DNA from: Acidobacteriota bacterium | GTDB taxonomy: Bacteria > Acidobacteriota > Terriglobia > 2-12-FULL-54-10 | NCBI GenBank assembly: GCA_009691245.1 | Contig: SHUM01000009.1 | Span: 7,960 to 71,959, forward strand | Direction: 5' to 3' | Length of the DNA: 64,000 bases | Shown: piece by piece, positions 61,433 to 64,000 of the stretch | How the letters are laid out: each line of letters opens with the position of its first letter | How positions within the stretch are numbered: the stretch's first letter is position 1 | Program-made: the position numbers and the translations under genes | The notes under the pieces: generated by a model | What the model was told of the DNA's origin: nothing | Seen by the model: only the letters and a program-made list of their open reading frames with translations | Database searches by the model: none

Positions 61433-62136
61433 GATGCAAATTTCTCCATGATCAATTCCAGACGTTGTTGTGAATTCATTAGTTGCCCGCGCAAAAATGG
61501 GTCTTCGGGATGCAGGCCAATAAAATCAGAGAGATTCCGGTAAGTGGAAACTTCATCATGCCAGGTGGAGACCATGGTGGCGCGGTGTTCCTCGGGAATG
61601 CTCGCGGCCATCTGATCAATGTCCGTCGCGGCAATCTCGGTTTCGGTGGGGCTGATTTGCGCTACCTGCGAATTCGCGGCGGTTACCGCGTCCACCATGG
61701 GGATGGATGGAAGTTGCGGATGGGCCACCAGCATTGGAGGGCGACCGCCGCCGGTGAACAGGCTCTGGAAGTACATCACACCAGCGGCGAGAGAGAACAT
61801 CGCCGCATAGGCCATGCCCATCGGTGCGCGCCGCGGGATCGAGTGCATGGGCAGACTCGACGCGCCGCCATGCTTGGCCGCCGAGTCGCCGTGGGTGTCG
61901 TGTGCGCCGGAGCGAATCACGCCCTCAGCCACCAGCGTGGCTTGAATGTTCCGCCAGACACGATCACTGGGCGCCTGCATGGGCCGCAGCACGCGAGCCT
62001 GCCGCGCCAGATAGATGATGTCGTCCACCATCTCGCCGCAAGTCCGGCACCCTTGCCGATGATTTTGCAGATCGGCGGGCAGGGCGGTCTGGTCTTCTAG
62101 TTCTTCAAACAATCGGTTGAATTCAATGCAAGTCAT
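61414..62136 (-). CDS. membrane-anchored anti-sigma factor (zf-HC2 domain)
   Basis: N-terminal MTCIEF...H..GC..C zinc-finger HC2 motif, a central TM and a periplasmic C-terminal domain. It sits immediately downstream of the ECF sigma gene and overlaps the DUF4097 gene by 19 nt. Confidence 0.7.
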   Translation of the reverse strand: MTCIEFNRLFEELEDQTALPADLQNHRQGCRTCGEMVDDIIYLARQARVLRPMQAPSDRVWRNIQATLVAEGVIRSGAHDTHGDSAAKHGGASSLPMHSIPRRAPMGMAYAAMFSLAAGVMYFQSLFTGGGRPPMLVAHPQLPSIPMVDAVTAANSQVAQISPTETEIAATDIDQMAASIPEEHRATMVSTWHDEVSTYRNLSDFIGLHPEDPFLRGQLMNSQQRLELIMEKFASWNDNF

Positions 62137-62185
62137 GGGTCTATTCCTGATTTGTATCTAAATTTTTCCGTGTACTCAAAACTTT

Positions 62186-62908
62186 TTACGCCTGCCCCGG
62201 TTTTATTCCCGAGCTTTCCATCTGCAGCAGGTCGCGCAACTTCATTCTGGCCTTGTGCAACTGCGACTTTGAGTTGCCCACCGAGCAGCTCATCATGTTG
62301 GCGATCTCCTGATGCTCGTATCCCTCAACGTCATGCAACTGGAACACCAGGCGATATCCCGGCGGCAGCGCGCTCATCGCACGATCCAGTGTCAGCCGGT
62401 CCACAGACCCGGTCAGTGTGCGGTCCGCCGTGCCAATCTCCATAGGCCGCACATCGTCAGGGTCCGATCCGGTGTCGTCGAGCGAGGTGGTCCGCAGGCC
62501 CTTCTTGCGCAGCCGCATCAGCACCAGATTTACCGTCAGGCGGTGCAGCCATGTGGAGAAGGCTGACTCGCCGCGGAACGTCCCGATCTTGCGGAACAGT
62601 TGGAGGAACGCTTCCTGGGTCAGGTCTTCGGCCTCGGCTACATCGTTCACCATGCGCAGGCAAAGCGAGTAAACGCGGCGCTTGTGCAGGTTATAGAGAA
62701 CTTCAAAGGCATTGCCATCGCCATCGCGGGCGGCCGCAATGGCCCGCGACTCGGGAGTGTCGGCACGCGCAGGAGTGCCTAAGCCGCCCACACCTGAAGC
62801 TGCAATTACACCAGTTGCCGCGTTGGCCGTCACGTTGCCATCGGCAATTGCTAGAACACTAGTAGCCGTAGTCTCATCTCCCTCGACTCGGGGCCTGGGG
62901 GATTTCAT
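62186..62908 (-). CDS. ECF-type RNA polymerase sigma factor (sigma-70 family, region 2 + region 4)
   Basis: Region 2 ([39 protein letters not shown]) and region 4 ([41 protein letters not shown]). There is a roughly 60-aa low-complexity N-terminal extension in the ORF, so the true start may be internal. Confidence 0.85.
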   Translation of the reverse strand: MKSPRPRVEGDETTATSVLAIADGNVTANAATGVIAASGVGGLGTPARADTPESRAIAAARDGDGNAFEVLYNLHKRRVYSLCLRMVNDVAEAEDLTQEAFLQLFRKIGTFRGESAFSTWLHRLTVNLVLMRLRKKGLRTTSLDDTGSDPDDVRPMEIGTADRTLTGSVDRLTLDRAMSALPPGYRLVFQLHDVEGYEHQEIANMMSCSVGNSKSQLHKARMKLRDLLQMESSGIKPGQA

Positions 62909-63120
62909 CTGCCCGAACTGCTCGCACTTTATCTGATGCCAAGGGCGGCCTCTAAAGTTGTCTGGGAAAAGACAGTAAGGATAACTTCTGTGCTGACGGC
63001 GGACTGTGGGTGGGTAACCGCTGGGAGGTTCTTGGCACAGTGCCTGCAGATGATTGAAGAAAGTTTTATAACGCCCATGGTATCTATATCTTAACTCATA
63101 GCCCCGTCATCCCGGTCGCT

Positions 63121-63137
63121 GTCATCCTGAGCGCAGC
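63121..63137. repeat. HPERSEG-type dispersed repeat motif, second copy
   Basis: GTCATCCCGGTCGCT-GTCATCCTGAGCGCAGC is related to the motif at 5021-5053. Confidence 0.4.
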
Positions 63138-63254
63138 TATGTATCTCCTTTATCTCGGCGCGGTAGACGGAATCGGGGAAAGCCAATCCCTCGCTGGGCT
63201 CAGGATAACAAACCAATAGGATTTCCCCCAATTTTTTGGGGCCCCTCTGCCTGG

Positions 63255-63986
63255 CTACCGGCCCGCTGGTGTCGTCGCGGTTGACTGGGGCAGGACCGCT
63301 TTACCCGTGCCTACGTTGCCGGCGAAATCCGTTACACGGAAGCTGGCCAGATGTTCCTGATTGCTGAGATTATCGAGTACCGTTGCGAAGGTCTCCGCAT
63401 TGGAGTCCACAATCCCGTCCTGCGGACCTGCCGGGACCGGCGCGCCGCCGTCCAGAGAAAACTCCGCCCGCGTCAGAAAGCTCGCTGAATCACTCGCCCG
63501 CCAACGGACGGTGGCTTTTGTTCCGGCGCGATCGACGCCCAATATCTCAATCTGAGGAGCGGTGAAATCCACCAGAAACGGCGCGCTGGTGCGCTCGTCC
63601 GTGCGCGCCGCGCCGGAGGCGTTCTCCGCCGCATCGGTGGCCACCACCCGCAGACGGTACATGCCATCCGGCAGTGCGTCGGGGTTGAGCTGGAAGTAAT
63701 TCTGGTTCATGTCTTCCTCAAGCACCTTCCACTCGCGCTCCGCCTCGCCGCGAAAGTAGAGCGTGTAGGCGAGCTCGTCCTGATCGGGGTCATTAGCCAG
63801 CCACGAGACATCTACTCCGCGCAGAGCGGTCGGCTGTCCGCTCATTTGCGCGTTGACGACGATGCGCTGTCCCACGCGTGCGCCGTTGCCAGTGCCCTGC
63901 CCGCCGTTAGCGCGCGGAGTGGTTTTGATTTCGGTAATTTCCGGCGCGCGATTGCGCGGCAAATAAGCGACAGTTATTGCCTGCAA
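63255..63986 (-). CDS. C-terminal part of a large secreted protein with Ig-like/fibronectin-like domains (gene probably continues beyond the window end)
   Basis: The ORF reaches to within 14 nt of the window edge and has a beta-sandwich-like composition. No catalytic motif is visible. Confidence 0.45.
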   Translation of the reverse strand: MQAITVAYLPRNRAPEITEIKTTPRANGGQGTGNGARVGQRIVVNAQMSGQPTALRGVDVSWLANDPDQDELAYTLYFRGEAEREWKVLEEDMNQNYFQLNPDALPDGMYRLRVVATDAAENASGAARTDERTSAPFLVDFTAPQIEILGVDRAGTKATVRWRASDSASFLTRAEFSLDGGAPVPAGPQDGIVDSNAETFATVLDNLSNQEHLASFRVTDFAGNVGTGKAVLPQSTATTPAGR

Positions 63987-64000
63987 CGCGGGCGACTGTC

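Noticed and set aside
63027-63042. sigma54-like -24/-12 motif TGGCACagtgcCTGCA on the plus strand
   Set aside because: There is no plus-strand gene downstream (the next genes are on the minus strand), and it has one mismatch at the conserved T of TTGC. Likely a chance match.

Overview
This 64-kb window reads as an Acidobacteria-type chromosome (about 60% GC) and is mostly core genes. A Solibacter-like TIGR03437 C-terminal domain and tandem DUF5916/CBM9-like outer-membrane paralogs support the taxonomic guess. Core content:
- a CIRCE-controlled groES-groEL operon
- korAB (2-oxoacid:ferredoxin oxidoreductase)
- oadG/oadB-like Na+-decarboxylase membrane subunits
- ubiE-aroB, tatA-tatC and htrA
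- a complete LivJHMGF branched-chain amino-acid ABC transporter
- cstA, an MltD-like lytic transglycosylase, galU, proS, aroK
- a MacB/LolD-type ABC pair
- an ECF sigma / anti-sigma / DUF4097 module
- a BrnT/BrnA toxin-antitoxin pair
- two signalling clusters.
Findings worth follow-up:
1. selD carries an in-frame TGA at the catalytic Cys position, followed 13 nt later by a SECIS-like hairpin, so it is probably a selenoprotein. The ORF caller truncated it at the TGA.
2. At least four genes carry in-frame nonsense codons where Glu/Gly codons are expected, consistent with G->T changes. They are a DUF2442 gene, a HisKA fragment, the GGEEF motif of a REC-GGDEF gene and the HATPase domain of a large hybrid histidine kinase. 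Two further genes carry -1 frameshifts in C-runs, and a C10 tract sits upstream of htrA.
3. A roughly 95-nt structured repeat occurs twice (57.6 kb and 60.4 kb). Its helices are kept between copies by G.U-type compensatory changes on the plus strand.
4. There is a disrupted DUF4160/DUF2442 pair, HPERSEG-type dispersed repeats, and short tandem repeats at gene ends or in divergent promoters.
No tRNA, rRNA, CRISPR array or transposase was seen.
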